A stretch of DNA of 64,000 nt from Minutocellus sp. GHC0000111. Its lineage: Eukaryota. A program made the translations under genes and the position numbers. The notes under the pieces are model-generated. The model saw only the letters and a list, made by a program, of their open reading frames with translations, did no database searches and was not told the DNA's origin. Where the stretch lies: positions 248,001-312,000 of the forward strand of contig OZ361261.1 in NCBI GenBank assembly GCA_977018835.1. The letters run 5' to 3'. Positions within the stretch are counted from its first letter, which is position 1. Every line of letters starts with the position of its first letter. Below, piece by piece: positions 25,046 through 37,943 of the stretch.

Positions 25046-28000
25046 GAGAGTTGGTCCCATTTTGGGTGAGGCGCAGGTCCCGAAAAATGGACATTCGTCT
25101 TTCCGTCGTCGGATCACTGCATAAAAATGCAGGTTATTTAACAGCATTTTTCCCCCTAAATAAATGACACTTGGATAACTTCTTTGCCAACAAACTGGAC
25201 ATGTCCCCATTCTTCGATATCTGAAGAGAGGGGACGTAGCAAGACCTGTGGCCAAACTCCGTTCATGAGCAATGAAGGGGGGAAAATCAAGCAAAAACCA
25301 CGGCCGCTCGATTTTTGCGAGACCATGACCGACGGAAAGGAAGAGACCAGCAATGGCAAGAAATACTCCCGAAAGGAGTCTAGAGAGAGGGCGAAGAAGG
25401 AAAGACTGCGACAGCAGAGACAGGCTCGGAAGACGCCTGCTGCATCAGCCTCTTCCAACCCTCATTCTTCATCCTCGCCTCCCGGAAATAATGACGTGAC
25501 GACAAGGACGTCGTCCGAACCATCCGCCCCGTCAAACGACGATACCTCCGCTTCGTCCACCGCCGCCCATACTCTCACCAAAGGCCGATCGATGCGACCA
25601 TCGACGCGTAAACGATCTGCTGCTGCCGCTGGCATCGCGAACGATGCGTCCTCATCGTCGGACCACGAACGCACCGGCCGCACTACCGGACCGCTCCATC
25701 CACCAGCACCACTCCCCGCCGGCGCACAAGCGGATGGTAGACGCCGCACACTTCGCTCATCGCCATTACCACCCACTGATACAATGGTGATATCAAGGTC
25801 TCAATCGTTGTTAGCTATCCCGCCATCCCTTCCCGACTGTACTGGTACTCCGCATCCGGCAGACACATCCGCCATCTCCACGTTTTCTTTTGGTACTTGC
25901 GATTGTCCCAGCACATGCGACAAGTGCAGCAACCCATCGCCCATCACCTTCCTTCCGCATCGGAACTCTTTCCTGACGGCCCTCCTCGCGCTCGCGATCC
26001 GGTTGGCCCTGACACTTCCAATGCAACAGCAACAGCTAGCACCGACATGTCTGCTGTGGGCTCTGACCGTGCTGGTCCATATGCAGCGGCAGATTCTGAT
26101 GGAGCAGCGGCCGGAGGAGCCATTCTTGCATCATTGGACGGCACTTCTACCGGTATTGATGGCATCGGAAAGAGCATTGGGGACGTGCTGAAGGGTGTCG
26201 AGGTCGGAGCTGCCGGATCAGATGCAGTCGGTCGTTGTTTTCATTTGATGATGACTGCTCTCAAGGATGGAATCAAGAGTGGTAGCCTAACCGGCAATGC
26301 TGCCGCTATAGGCAATGAAATGGTATCTACTATTTCTTCTATGCCTGTAGTATCGAGATTGGGAGCTGCATCAAGAGAGGAGGAGAGAGCAAAAAGAAGA
26401 GGCAACAATCTTCTCGTTCCAACAATAAATTATTCTGCCTTTGATGTCAATCAGCGGAACAATCAGCCGAGGACATCCGCCGATGCCATAAGAAAGGCAA
26501 AGGAACGAGCAGCCAATGTAATATTGAATGCTGTCCAAAGCGTTGGCGATGAGCAAGTTCAGGCCTATGCCCTTCGTTTATTTGCCAACAAGCCGCAAGC
26601 AGCTAAAATTGTTCTCGGTTCTGGACTGAAGGTGCCGGATAATACGGAAAAGAAGCTGCAGATGCTCGATAACTTGACCTCCCACGCATCTGAACTATTC
26701 AAGAGTGACGGTGCTGCAAAAGGACGGGTAAATGATGATCAGTCCAGCGCCCTGCAAGTGTTGTACGATGCAATAGTTGAGCCATGCAATGCCAATGCTG
26801 CCTCTACCGCTACCTCTACCTCGAGCACTCCAAAGCTTACAACAACTGACTACCAGAAGGTGCTTCCAGGGTCAAGAGCTACGGTTCAGCGGCGAGTAAA
26901 GAAATCAAAGGATCGAAAGACAAAGTTCAAAGTAGGAGCGAAAGAGGAAGGGCTAATGTATTCTCGTATTAAAAAGAGGAAGGGGTGGAGCAAGGTGTCC
27001 AAAGAGCTCCAGAAAAAAGTAGTAGAGTGGCTAAAGAATCATCCCTCAATCGTCGAGTCTCCAACAATAAAAGACACTATTCTCGTTCGCGATGCCAACA
27101 CCGGAGAGAAGGTTCGTGTGCGAAAGAGGTTGATGATGTGCTCTATTCGAGAGCTCTACAACAGCATGTACGAGGGGCCGCTCAAAATACCGGAGGCTCG
27201 TGACGATCGAGGAAGGGAGATAATATCCGACACGAAGTTTCGAGCCATCATCCCGCCCAACTTCGTCGCTATGCGAGAATCTCACAAGGTAATGTGCGGG
27301 TGTGAGTATTGCATTATTATGAAACGGCACCAGGCTTCTCTGAATGCCTATCGTCGTCGTCGCATAAAGAGAATGAAGGACGCTGTTGATAATTTTGGTG
27401 AGGTCGCCGAAAATTCTGCTGAGAGAGAGGCCGCGGAAGAGAGGTACCAAAGTTACAAGGCCAAGACGACGAATGAGGATGGGAGTCCGACACACCCGAC
27501 GATTTACTTTGCATCCAATGTGGCAATGTCGAAGGCTTTGAATTTCCTCATTGGAGTTGTGTCTTGAGACGATGTTCAGATTGCCCTGCCTACGAAGTCA
27601 TGCCCGAGGAGGCCGGTGAGGCTGCCGACGATGACCGCATAAAGTTTCACACTTACGAGAGTGTTACTTCATGCCGCTCTCATCCAGAGCAGCAGCTACC
27701 TCTACGTAGCAAGTCTTGCCCAAAATGTGATGAACTTATTGAAACTTACGAGCAAAGATTCGGAGACGATCCTGACAGCAAGGTGCCAAAGCCAAAAGCC
27801 GGAAAGATTTCTACAAGAAAATATCTCATGGCTAGATCTGAACCGATTGGAATCTTTATCAAACAACACTACCTGAAAGCGCTCGAAAAATATGCTTACC
27901 ATCGTCACCATGTTCTTATTTTATCCAACTCCCACACCGGCAATGAGAGGAAGGAGGTTTGGAAGTCCAAGCCCGGTGACGTGCTAACCCACCGAGACTA

Positions 28001-29800
28001 CGCAGAGAGACGCACTGCGGCTCTCAACAATGAGATTATGTCGATGCACTTCGGTGGTAACGCTACAGTGTCGATGGAAGAAGGAAGCTTTGGAAATAAT
28101 GAAAGAAATGAGTGACGATGAAATCACAGCTCATCTCGAGGAGATGGGTAGTGTAGATGAGAAGGTAGCCATGCAATTCCACGCTCACCTCGCCGATGAC
28201 AAGATGCAGAATGCGCACAGCACAAATCAGCACATGCAGGTACAAATCAATCATTTGCTTCAGTCGGGGGTGTTGAAAATTGGTTCTACTATTTATGATG
28301 GCTCTGACGGCTGCACCAAGCAGTATCGTTGTGCGGTGGTCTTACTCTTTCTCTCTTGGTTGAGCGTCAAGTATAAAATTACTATCGATAGAGGTCTTGG
28401 GGCGCCAGGTCACGGAAAAGATCACGTTGATGGCCTCAATGCAGCCAACAAGGCATATCTCATTGCTCGGATGCGGGACATAATGACCCCTGATGTAGAC
28501 TGTGATGCCATTTATGCTGACCGGAAGATGGAGCCACAGTCGTATCAAGATGGCCAGCACAAAAGCCTCGCGGTGGAAATGCAGCGCCTGCTAGACCAGC
28601 CTGACAGGAAAGATGGTGTCAAAACTGTGGGCAACAAGAGACGGAAGCGAGAAGCAGATGAAGTGAGAATAAGTGAAAGGCACAACCACGTTCGAACGTC
28701 AGAAGATGTCAAGCACCAAAGTGTATTTGCAGCAATATCACCTCCTCTTGCTGTCCGCAACAAAGAATACACCGGAATCCGCGCTCACTACAATTTGCTC
28801 ACCTCTTGGGAACTCGGAACAAACAAGGCCGCAGTGCGACGAGGAGCAGCCGAGATTCAAGCAGAATAAAGAATGCAAATATTGGAAGATATTTGAGGGA
28901 TTGAATGATTGGAAAATAATATCAGTCCAAACAACAAACAAATCAGACCCCGATGAAATAGATGAGCTCAAGGAAGATACCCTTGAAACGGTTTCATCTC
29001 GAGAAGCAGGCCTGATTGAGGTCGGTGGGTATGGCGCGGTAGATGTAAATGACGATCCAGAGTATGACTACTATTTGGTGAGATGGGATGGATTGCCGTA
29101 TGCAGATCAAGAAACGGGGGAAATGATGTGCGATGGCACTTACCTGTACAGAGTAGACGGAGCGCGATACTGGTGGTATCATCCGGAGGAAACTTTGGCA
29201 GCTCGGGCAAGGGCTACATTTTATGTATCCCATGTTCTGGCAGGCGACATCAAAATGCTACCAATATCTGATGACAACAATCTCAATCGACAGAGCTTGA
29301 ATCCTGACCATCGCAACAAAGTGCTTACTCTAGATCCTCGGTATCTCGGGGAGGAAGCCCATTCTCAAATCCTCGAAGAGATTGAGAGAAGAGGGTGCAT
29401 GAATCGCACTATTACCTATGATGATGATGAGGGCGGGGATAGCGATAGAGAAGAGGAAGAAACCGGATTAGATGGTGATGATGAAGAGTTGGCCATTGAT
29501 GATTCATCAGATGAAGAGGGGGACGAGGATGAAGAGGAGCAATGAATGTACACATAAATATTTGGGCACATATTTAACACGTACCACTTACCAATTCTTC
29601 CATCAAGGCGGTTGATTGTTGATTCGTACGGCACAGGTACATGTACCAATGTGCCAATTTGCGTCCTGTGCTTCATCCCTCTCTCCTCTACATGTGCCAA
29701 TCATTCTGTCTCATTCTCCTCTGAATAAAAATAAAGAACGACCAGCTCGTCCCAGAAAATTCTGGGATGGGCTGGTCCCTTCGAAAAGTATTCCCTGACA
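25046..29800 (+). mobile_element. Decayed Sola2-like DNA transposon (left end at 25046; right end not located, end coordinate approximate)
   Basis: Terminus gagagttggtcccattttgggtgagg matches the TIRs of the element at 43469-44277; contains the transposase ORF series. Confidence 0.7.
25325..29545 (+). pseudogene. DDD transposase (Sola2-like) split over 4-5 overlapping frames
   Basis: CGCEYC Cys cluster; THRDYAER..NEIMSMHF; YDGSDGCTKQYRC; APGHGKDHVDGLNA; acidic C-terminus. Confidence 0.7.
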
Positions 29801-30775
29801 GATATCATTCCAGCTGTTCGCGCTGGTCGGTGGCATAAATAAATGATGCCGCGACGAAAGATGAAGGCGATCAGCTAGCAAAGGCTCGACCTTGACACGA
29901 CACCACCTGTGCCAGCACTTTTTCAAAGTTGAAAAAGTCCTCGCACATGCTAATATCTGGCTGATCCATGGGTGGAGGGAGTGATGGAATGACGAGCTCG
30001 GCTATCATAATCATCCGCCTCTCGGGCATAATAGTGGCGGCGGTGGCGCGCCCGCCACAGCTTCCGCCACACCAATTTTGTGGAGCTATCTCCTCCATCA
30101 ATTTTGGTGACACAGAGGCAACGAGCTCACTAAATACTCTGCATGGTCTGTTTTATGGACCGAAGAGAGCGCAACTCCTCATCTCTACTGAGAGTTGATG
30201 CGAGCCGATGAATGGCGCCATCGTTTCGTTTTGGGGATGAGGGATGATCGACCTCGATCAGGTTATGAGTCAAGATGAGAGATCTCTTCTCAGGGAATTC
30301 TCGGGGTTGATGGCAATGATGGTCGGTGAAGTCGGCGATTTTAAATCAGTCGAGTGAATCAAACCAAAAGATTAGAGGAACTTTTTGACAATTATTCGGG
30401 GTGTGAATGTCCACGGCAATCAGACCCCGGAGGCCAGCCAGCAGCTTCCCGACAACATGGCATGCATCAAGGCCGAACTAGAGCGTCTCCGTGAGCACAC
30501 AGGCCTTGTTGAACAGGAGGATACTGAATAGGAGAATGCCAAGGTCGAGGAGGAGGAGGAGGCCGAGACTTCTGATGAGAGGAGTAAAGCCAAATTTATC
30601 AATGGCCGGCCGCATTTACTGACCAGATCTTGGGATCGCATTCCATTCTTTTTGTCCTTGAGGTCGGCATCGACCAGACTAATACTGTAGAGAGCGGGCA
30701 CAGGCACACATTTTGTAGCACTAGCACCGAAAGATAATAGAAGCTATGTAAACCAAGCATCGTTGAAATAAATCG

Positions 30776-31086
30776 TTTATCTATATTGAATTTTTATAAC
30801 AGTGGTTGAGAGCATCGCCGGAGCTCGCTGGCTTTGCCCTCCGCCACCTGTTTTCTTCTCTAAAATGCCTTGGATTGGATTTTAATCTTCCATCTCAAGA
30901 AAAATAAACAATAATGGTATACATCTATCACCGCCTTCGGTGTGTAACCAATCGTTCTATGCGTAATATATATCTTTTACAACCTTCTCGGTGTTTCTTT
31001 GTTCAAATTGTTGCATTGTAGCGCTTGATGACCGTTTTTATCAGCTCCCACGAAGCGAAGCTTGCTTGCTTTGCTGTTATCATGGC
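30776..31086. repeat. Direct repeat copy 1 (~310 bp), partner at 39553-39878
   Basis: Shared tttttataacagtg..aatcttccatctcaagaaaa..atcgttctatgcgtaatatatatcttttacaaccttctcggtgtttctttgttcaaattgttg..gctgttatcatggc. Confidence 0.9.
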
Positions 31087-31115
31087 CATATGGTTAGTAC
31101 TGCCGGTGACGGTAT

Positions 31116-32013
31116 TCAGTTGAAACTCCCAACAATTGAGGACGCGTGGTCTTGCATTTGCTGAAAGTGGCACGGGCATAGCTGTCCTATTTTCAGCTTC
31201 TTTTTCTTCCACATCGCGTTAACCCAAAAATCGATCGGGACGTCGACCTGTTGAGCTACAAGTTCCTCCTGGAACACGCGCCGGACACGCTCGGGATTGT
31301 TGTTAGTGAAGAGCATTGCCCCCGTTGCATACCAACGATCCATGCCCTCGAAAACTTCCTCGTCTATTTCAGCCCGGCACTTACTTATGATTGAGCTGTG
31401 TCCGTGCGTGAATAGAATGTCATATTCCTTGTACGTCTCTGGGTCCACAGACCACCTCTTCAAAGAGACTGCGTCGCTTTCCAGGGATATGGCAGGCTGA
31501 TCGTTGGCAAGGGCCCACCGCAAAATGCTTAGGTGCGAGAGAAAGCACCCTACCTGAGACAAGCTAATGTTGCTCCCAAACGTAATGCCTGTTATGTGTT
31601 CCGCACCGGCATGATCCTTCAGGGAATTCCCATCTACCGCGTCGGCAGCACAAACCCTGTCTTCAGGCCAATGGTCGGACAAGCTTTGCTCCGTCCTCTG
31701 TACGTGAAATGTGTCAATCTCTTTTTCGAGACGAAACATGACGACTGTCGGAGATTTTGCACTTTCAGAAGTGTGGTTGCGCGCCTGCATCATTGTCGGA
31801 AGCAGCGTCCCCCCCCTCCCAATGCCACGGCTTGTTCGCGTCCAGAAGCTGCTGTGCTGGACAGCGCTTGCTATCACTGTCTTCTTGGACCAGCAGTGCT
31901 CGCGACCCGTCATCATCGCTTCCAGTGGCAGCGAGCAGCAGCAGACCAGCGGCAGCGCAGGTAACAGTGGCGATAATGCGACGAATCCTTGTCGTGCGGC
32001 AGAACGCGACCAT
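31116..32013 (-). CDS. GT25-like glycosyltransferase, type II membrane (frameshift at poly-C near 31812)
   Basis: N-terminal TM IIATVTCAAAGLLLLAA; DAVDG, QVGCFLSH, SLESDA and VPIDFW motifs. Confidence 0.7.
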
Positions 32014-32058
32014 GTTATGCCATATGTGCAAAAAGTAGCCGATGCCCACTTACAAATG

Positions 32059-32280
32059 CTGACCCAGCCTCGTATTTGCTTTACTACGTAGGATGAGCGA
32101 ATGAATTCCGGCGTGCTAGTAGATTGTGCGCATGTAACTGCACGATGGCTGAGCGCCATTGTTACTAGGCCCGACAAAAAGCCAGGCGCCAATCTCTACT
32201 CTAGCTACGTAGCTAGGCCAGTTACTTGCATGGGGTCATTTTGCAAAATTTTTGTCAGGGGCAATTGTCAGGGGGTCATT
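32059..32280 (-). promoter_or_regulatory. Upstream region homologous to 34289-34440
   Basis: Shared blocks ctgacccagcctcgt.tttgctttact, ccaggcgccaatc and ggggtcattttgc..aatttttgtcaggggcaattgtcaggg lie just 5' of both minus-strand GT start codons. Confidence 0.7.
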
Positions 32281-32400
32281 ATCATTATTCTCATAAAATG
32301 ACTACATGTAGCTAGGAATTCCTAGAAAATACTTGCCATGGCCATGAAGCCACCGCCACCATGCAGTGTTTAGTGGATTCCTGCATGCCTAAATAAAACT

Positions 32401-33442
32401 ATGACGAATCGCAATCAGCAACAGTAGTGGCAAAAGCAGAAGAAGAAGGCCGTGGGCCTCTCCCTTGCAGGACTTGCCCTTGTTCTGGGCTGTGCCTGCC
32501 TTTTCCCTCACACCAGCACGAGTGTCCGAAGCGCAGGCGTCAAACGTAAGCGAAGTTTGACGGTGACCAAGATCGATCCATCGTCCCTCCCAGAATCTGA
32601 AGGGGGGACCTATGCCGTAGATGCGTGCGGAAATTCGGCGGCGGCGGGAGGAGCAGACCTTGGGCCTCTCCGGTACTGCACCGACGCCCACCGACGTTTG
32701 GTCGAGCATTGCTCCATCGCGGAGAATCACCACATCCTCGGACGCAGCGGCGCGTTGCCGTTCTCCGCCCCCCTCCATCCTGTCGCCGCTTGACATCGTC
32801 GACATCGAGCCGACAAGACGCACGCGCAGCAAGTGCCAGAGCCTGGAGGAGTTCCTGTCGTCCGTCCGAAATGGTACGAGGCAGTGGGAAGGCGGCGCGG
32901 GGGGGGGGGGAAGGGATGAAACTTCTCCGTCAGCGTTCATACCGGGTGGGTGCTTCGTTCCGGCTGTCCCACCGGAGCCCGAACAGGTTTGCAGGGTACT
33001 CAGTGGTTATTCCAGGGTGATTGTCAACGGCGACTCCTTGTCGAGGCATCTCTCCATGGAGCTGTATCAATCGATTCGGGGCGATTACAGCGGTTATCCA
33101 ATTCTTTCATCATCGGACCAAGAAATTTTTGACAAGTGCCGCTGCGACGGAGTCTACTCGGAGGCCCTCCTCTGCCGGAAGTTGGCTGGTCCTCGCTTCG
33201 CGGTGCAAGATCTATCGGATCTTTGCCCGGGCAGAGACTTCTCTTTGGAGTACCTCGCCGCATGGTCGGCAAAGGACCAGTACCTTGACCTTAGCGGTCT
33301 GGATTGCTCGGGTGTCGACGACAAGGGGGTCCTCCATGTAATGGGTGGCGGCCTGCACTACGACCTCGACGCGACGAGGACGTATCGTGAACAGATCGAG
33401 CCTCTGCTGACCAACCCAAATCTTCGGCGGTGCGTTGATTAA
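32401..33442 (+). pseudogene. SGNH/GDS-type (PC-esterase/O-acyltransferase-like) type II membrane protein, disrupted and 3'-truncated
   Basis: TM segment VGLSLAGLALVLGCACLF; RVIVNGDSLSRH and GGGLHY motifs. In-frame TAG at 32425, a frameshift, and no C-terminal DxxH. Confidence 0.55.
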
Positions 33443-34281
33443 TGGCCGCCACAGCTTTTCAGTGATGTATCCTGGGGAGTAGGAGTTCTCAAAAGCAGTG
33501 ATAAAGGCATAGGAACGCGCTAGTTTCTCTATCTCTGGACCTGAGGTCCCCCCTGGAGGTGCCCGCTGCGTTGCACTGTAATTTTTGTTGTGGTGACACC
33601 CGCCGTAGCTGTCTAGTATCCCCCTCTCGTGTAGCTTGCTGACGAGGCCATTTCTGTCCGATTGGACGTGGCCACAGTTGCTCGCTATGTGAAGGACGCG
33701 CCAGTGCTTTATTTCTGTGCTCACTGGCGTGTAGATGTCTTCGAACGGGTAATACGCGATGGGGACGTCTGACTCGAAGCTTGTCGTCGCCAGGTTCTGT
33801 TGGGATATGAATGGAGATTAAGGTGAAATGGATGGCCCGGACTTTCCATGCTCACAAGGACAGAGCCAGACTTTCCGCCGCCCTTCAAGGCGACCTTGGG
33901 GGGAGGATTGTGCCCAGTCGAGAACCACTGCTCGTCCGAAAATGAGCAGACGAGACCAGGTGCGGAGGAAGAGTTCACGTAAGGCGATTGCTTCCTCGGA
34001 AATTCAACAGATACCTCGATGTCTGGATATTGGTCGAGCTCGAACCTTCCAGGATAACGCGACCTGTAGCGATCCGACGTCAAGAAGGCATGCATTGGCC
34101 TTTCCTTTAACTTCTCGATGTCGTGGTGCAGGACGGAAAAGAGAGTACGCCAGTGTGCACTATCCTCCCCGAACCTATGCACTCTTTGAAAGTAAAGGGA
34201 GCAACCCCAAAGCAGCAGCAACGCCAGGCTGCCCGTCAAACAGTTGCGAGTCAAGCTACAGGGGCTAGTAGTATTACTCAT
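33440..34281 (-). pseudogene. GT10 alpha-1,3/1,4-fucosyltransferase, frameshifted and apparently 3'-truncated
   Basis: N-terminal TM; SMESP, SDVPIAY, IASNC, DSYGGC and YAFITAFENSYSPGYITEKLW (GT10 signature). The expected following VPIY segment is missing. Confidence 0.8.
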
Positions 34282-34288
34282 GTTTGTA

Positions 34289-34440
34289 CTGACCCAGCCT
34301 CGTGTTTGCTTTACTCTTTGTAGTATGAGCGTATGAATTCCTATATGACTGTACGTGCCATGGTAGCCAGGCGCCAATCCACATACTTGCGTGGGGTCAT
34401 TTTGCGCGAATTTTTGTCAGGGGCAATTGTCAGGGTCATT
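34289..34440 (-). promoter_or_regulatory. Upstream region homologous to 32059-32280
   Basis: Same conserved blocks as the copy upstream of the GT25-like gene. Confidence 0.7.
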
Positions 34441-34906
34441 TTTGTGTCCAATGGCCGATGATACAGTTTCGCCATTTGCTCCTCGTCGGACTGGTGTTAA
34501 GGTATTGACTGTTACAGTTTTACCCCATTCGCTACGTAGATCTATTTGTTCTGTTCAATTCAACTAATGGAAAAGCAAAGCTACAATTTGATATCTAAGG
34601 TATCACTTGCGAATCAATAAAAATAGAGTTTCGCTGCGGTACTTGTAGATTACCGGTACCCTGAATAGATTCAACATTCGATGAGATCGCGCCAGAGCAC
34701 ATACATGTAACAAATGATAATTATTTGTTAACGTATGTGCTCTTGGATCTCGCCTGATGGTCTTTCTGATCCAAATGTTCATTGTTGGTGTTTGTTAGAA
34801 AGAGTTCGAGAAAGGATAAAGGGTTGCCGACATGAGGCTCAGAGGAAGGACTGTACCCTTACTATATACTATGCTACAATTGTATGCTACCTTCCGATTT
34901 CACCGC

Positions 34907-36085
34907 TTATTTGAAGGCAGCTGGATCGTATGACATCCCCACAGTCTTCAAGGTCGACGACGAAGCCACCGGATCTACCACCTTGGTGGCCAAATTGCCC
35001 TCCCATTCCTCATGGGCCTCCTTGCCTTCAGATGATCGAGGAGGACGTGCCCTAAATTCCAGGGGTAGATCGAAAAAGTTCTCGCAGTCGAAATCCTCGC
35101 ACGTCGCACTACCAACAGAGAGCTCCTGCTCGCCAGACAATTGCGAATTGGAATTTTCGCAGCAATGGACCGATCGTTGGTAGGCTTGCGACATTTCCTT
35201 AAAGTTGCACCGCTTGAAGACGGGGGCGAGATGATAATCGAACCCGTGGTCGTTTATGCAGTGCATGGGGTTGGCCGAGGGGAAGACCGTCCGGATGCGC
35301 CGGTCGATGCGCTCGTCGCTGTCGGCCAATTCAGCCACGATGCGGTGCCACCAAAAGTATTCCTTCTGGAACCGGTAGAACTCGGCCGGGTCAGTGATGA
35401 CGTCCCAATTTTTTTGGACTGTATACGATCCCCGGGGGGCAGCGAGGAACCACGACGTGATCCACGGATCGATGCCCACGGCGTCCTTATCGTGGCGGCG
35501 GAAGGTTATAAGATCTCCATCCGGCTCCAACTGCTCCAGCCACATGTCGAAGGGGACGCTGCAGAACAGCGAGGCGTCGGTCCAGATCCCGCCGTGCCGT
35601 TCCAGGATCATGGTCCGAAGAATATCGGACCGGGCCTGGACCGTGATCTTGTGCCAGACGTCGTCGGGGATGTATGTGGATCGGTCGACCAGCTCGTCGG
35701 CCGACGTGCCGTTGAGGGCGACGAATTGGTATCCAGGATTCATGTCGCGGCACGTTCCGCGGGCAAGCTGCGCGGCTTTGTGCGCCGTGTCCCACCCCGT
35801 TTCCCAGAAAATGTATATAGTTTTGGGGATCTTGCTGGTGGCGGCCTCGGCCTCGATGCCTTTTCGACGCATGCTGCTCTCGACCATTTTGGCCGCGTTA
35901 GCAAGGCTGAGGTTGCCGTAGAAACGAGGCTGTGCGGCAAGCCGTCGGCCGAGAAATGCACCCGTTCTCAGAAGTGGCAACACTCTCGCTGTATCATCTA
36001 CAAACAACTGGAAGGACGCAGCGGCCAAGAGCGAAGCAGCAGCGGCGGCGTCGGTGGCTCGCCTCCTGCTCGTCGGCATTGTCAT
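34907..36085 (-). CDS. GT32-like / capsular polysaccharide synthesis family glycosyltransferase
   Basis: Intact 392 aa ORF with N-terminal hydrophobic anchor; IPKTIYIFWETGW, ARSDILRTMILERHGGIWTDAS and SWFLAA. Confidence 0.82.
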   Translation of the reverse strand: MTMPTSRRRATDAAAAASLLAAASFQLFVDDTARVLPLLRTGAFLGRRLAAQPRFYGNLSLANAAKMVESSMRRKGIEAEAATSKIPKTIYIFWETGWDTAHKAAQLARGTCRDMNPGYQFVALNGTSADELVDRSTYIPDDVWHKITVQARSDILRTMILERHGGIWTDASLFCSVPFDMWLEQLEPDGDLITFRRHDKDAVGIDPWITSWFLAAPRGSYTVQKNWDVITDPAEFYRFQKEYFWWHRIVAELADSDERIDRRIRTVFPSANPMHCINDHGFDYHLAPVFKRCNFKEMSQAYQRSVHCCENSNSQLSGEQELSVGSATCEDFDCENFFDLPLEFRARPPRSSEGKEAHEEWEGNLATKVVDPVASSSTLKTVGMSYDPAAFK

Positions 36086-36729
36086 CGCGTTGTATTGTCT
36101 CGAAAGATGTTGACAACATTCGAAGAAATAAACAAGAGATCACCAATAATGAGTGAAAAGTGGGCAATTTGTTCGGCAGCAGGGCAGCAGGGCGGCAGCA
36201 GTGCCCAAGGGGCAATGGAAGAAAGCATTTTCAACGAAAGGCATTTTGCGCTCCACGGAGACATTCGAAATTGGACATGTCTGTGAAGCAACCCGGAAAC
36301 AGTGAAGCAAGTTGCTTCTATGCATGCAGCCATCGACTGCTACTGGTCCCATGCTCGAACCATCTCGGAGGGTAACCTCCTCCGATGGTCAAAATATGAA
36401 ATCGACTTAGGGGTCGAACCAACCACCCTAATGTCCTCCTACACCCTTATTGTACCGGGAGTACAGGGTTTGGGGCCTACATGTAGCATCGGCGGACATT
36501 TGAGGCCATTAGTCTCCTAAGCTAGAGGCCATCGCTAGGGTGTTGGAATCCCTACATGCACTACCCAAGCGATCGATGGCGGCTGTACTATAATTTAGTC
36601 TTTCTTTTTTTACAAAAAAAGTTCTATGCGGTGGTCTTTGCTACGTAGGCCTAGCTACAGTAGAAGTGGCTAACGCACGCTCAGGGGGTGGGCGTTCCCA
36701 TCTGCGCGCATTCGAAGCAGTTGGCGCCA

Positions 36730-37943
36730 CTATCTGGAACTGACTTTTTTCGCCAATTCTTCTTGATGAAGAATCAAATTCTTCCAGTACGAAAAGAATA
36801 CCCGATCAATGTCGAACACGGTCTGGCTGATTCGGTGCCACTCTTCCAGGAGGCGACTCTCGGTCAGTTCCGTCCAATCATTCAAAATAACGACAGGCAG
36901 ACCGTCGTACAGGCTGTCGAGGGAGCTGTGCTTCACCACTGGAATTCCTCCCAGGAGGAGTACCTCCCATGTGCGGTGACAGTCAAGTCCGTGGCCCAGC
37001 GGAAAAGGGTAAACTTATGGTCACGCACTTCCTTGGCATAGTGCTCCCAGCCATGGTCACGCACTTCCTTGGCAAAATTCTCCCAGCCGTCCCAGCCGGA
37101 GCCTGTGTATGGCGTGATCCACCGACTCGTATCTCCGAGGCTGCTAATGTAGTTCAGGACTCGACCCCGCTGAGGTCTGAGAGACGACTCCTTGAAAGTA
37201 ATGTAGAGGAGACGAGTTCGATCCAGGGGCAGGTCCATGGCGTCTAAGTAGCGGTCCGGGTTGCTCCCAATGCGATTGTATCTGTTTTCGATTCCAATGG
37301 GGATGCAAGTGAGCTTCTCGGGCCGGGGAGTTCCTGTCTTCCAACCCTCCCACGCGCAGTTTTGTGTGAACCAGTGCTGGACCTTAGGGTGCGTCAGCAC
37401 CTGCTGGTCGACACCTTCCCCGAGGCCATTGCGGCCATATTCCACGTCGCTGTTGTGAGAAACGAGGACTACCGGTCCCTTCAAAGAGGAAAGAGCCTCT
37501 AGCAGCTGGGTCGATTGGCGCTGTTCAGCCCTGTCTTCGAAGAACACGCACTCTCCAGGCGCGACGTCTTTCGACAAAAAATTGCAACCGCCAGGGCCGC
37601 AGCGGTACTTGCAGATGGAACGGAACCCGTCGCCGGTGATGAGCGGCTCGCTTCCGAAACGAGCCAGGCTGTCTGTGTTTTCGGTGTTGAGCTCGGCTTT
37701 CATTTCCCTTCGAAGCTCCTCGTCAAGGTTGCCGAACATTTTGAATGGGCAACTGTCCTCTGGGCAGATTTTCCGTCCTTCCTCGGCACCCCCGGATTCA
37801 CTGAGCAATCTTGGGAGCAAAGCACTGCCCGGTACACGAGCTGAGAACTCGTCCATCGACAGGAATGCCACTCCGACAAGGGCCAGGAGGGCCGCGGCGG
37901 CGCAGACGGCTCGGCGCCTAGCGGTTTCGAAGACTCTAGTCAT
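36730..37943 (-). CDS. Exostosin/GT47-like glycosyltransferase (frameshift near 37005)
   Basis: TM AVCAAAALLALVGVAFL; ITGDGFR, SHNSD, HWFTQN, CIPIGIEN; in the next frame PLGHGLDCHRTWEVLLLGGIPVV..LYDGLPVVILNDW. Confidence 0.72.

Noticed and set aside
29870..30710. Short ORFs and an acidic fragment downstream of the transposase
   Set aside because: Interrupted by stops with no recognisable family, and the right TIR of the element could not be identified there.
8932..32427. In-frame TAG codons at 8932, 13411 and 32425 suggesting TAG reassignment or readthrough
   Set aside because: TAG ends several genes at plausible C-termini (MFAP1, CHTOP-like, cyclophilin, malic enzyme). Point mutation or consensus error explains the internal ones.
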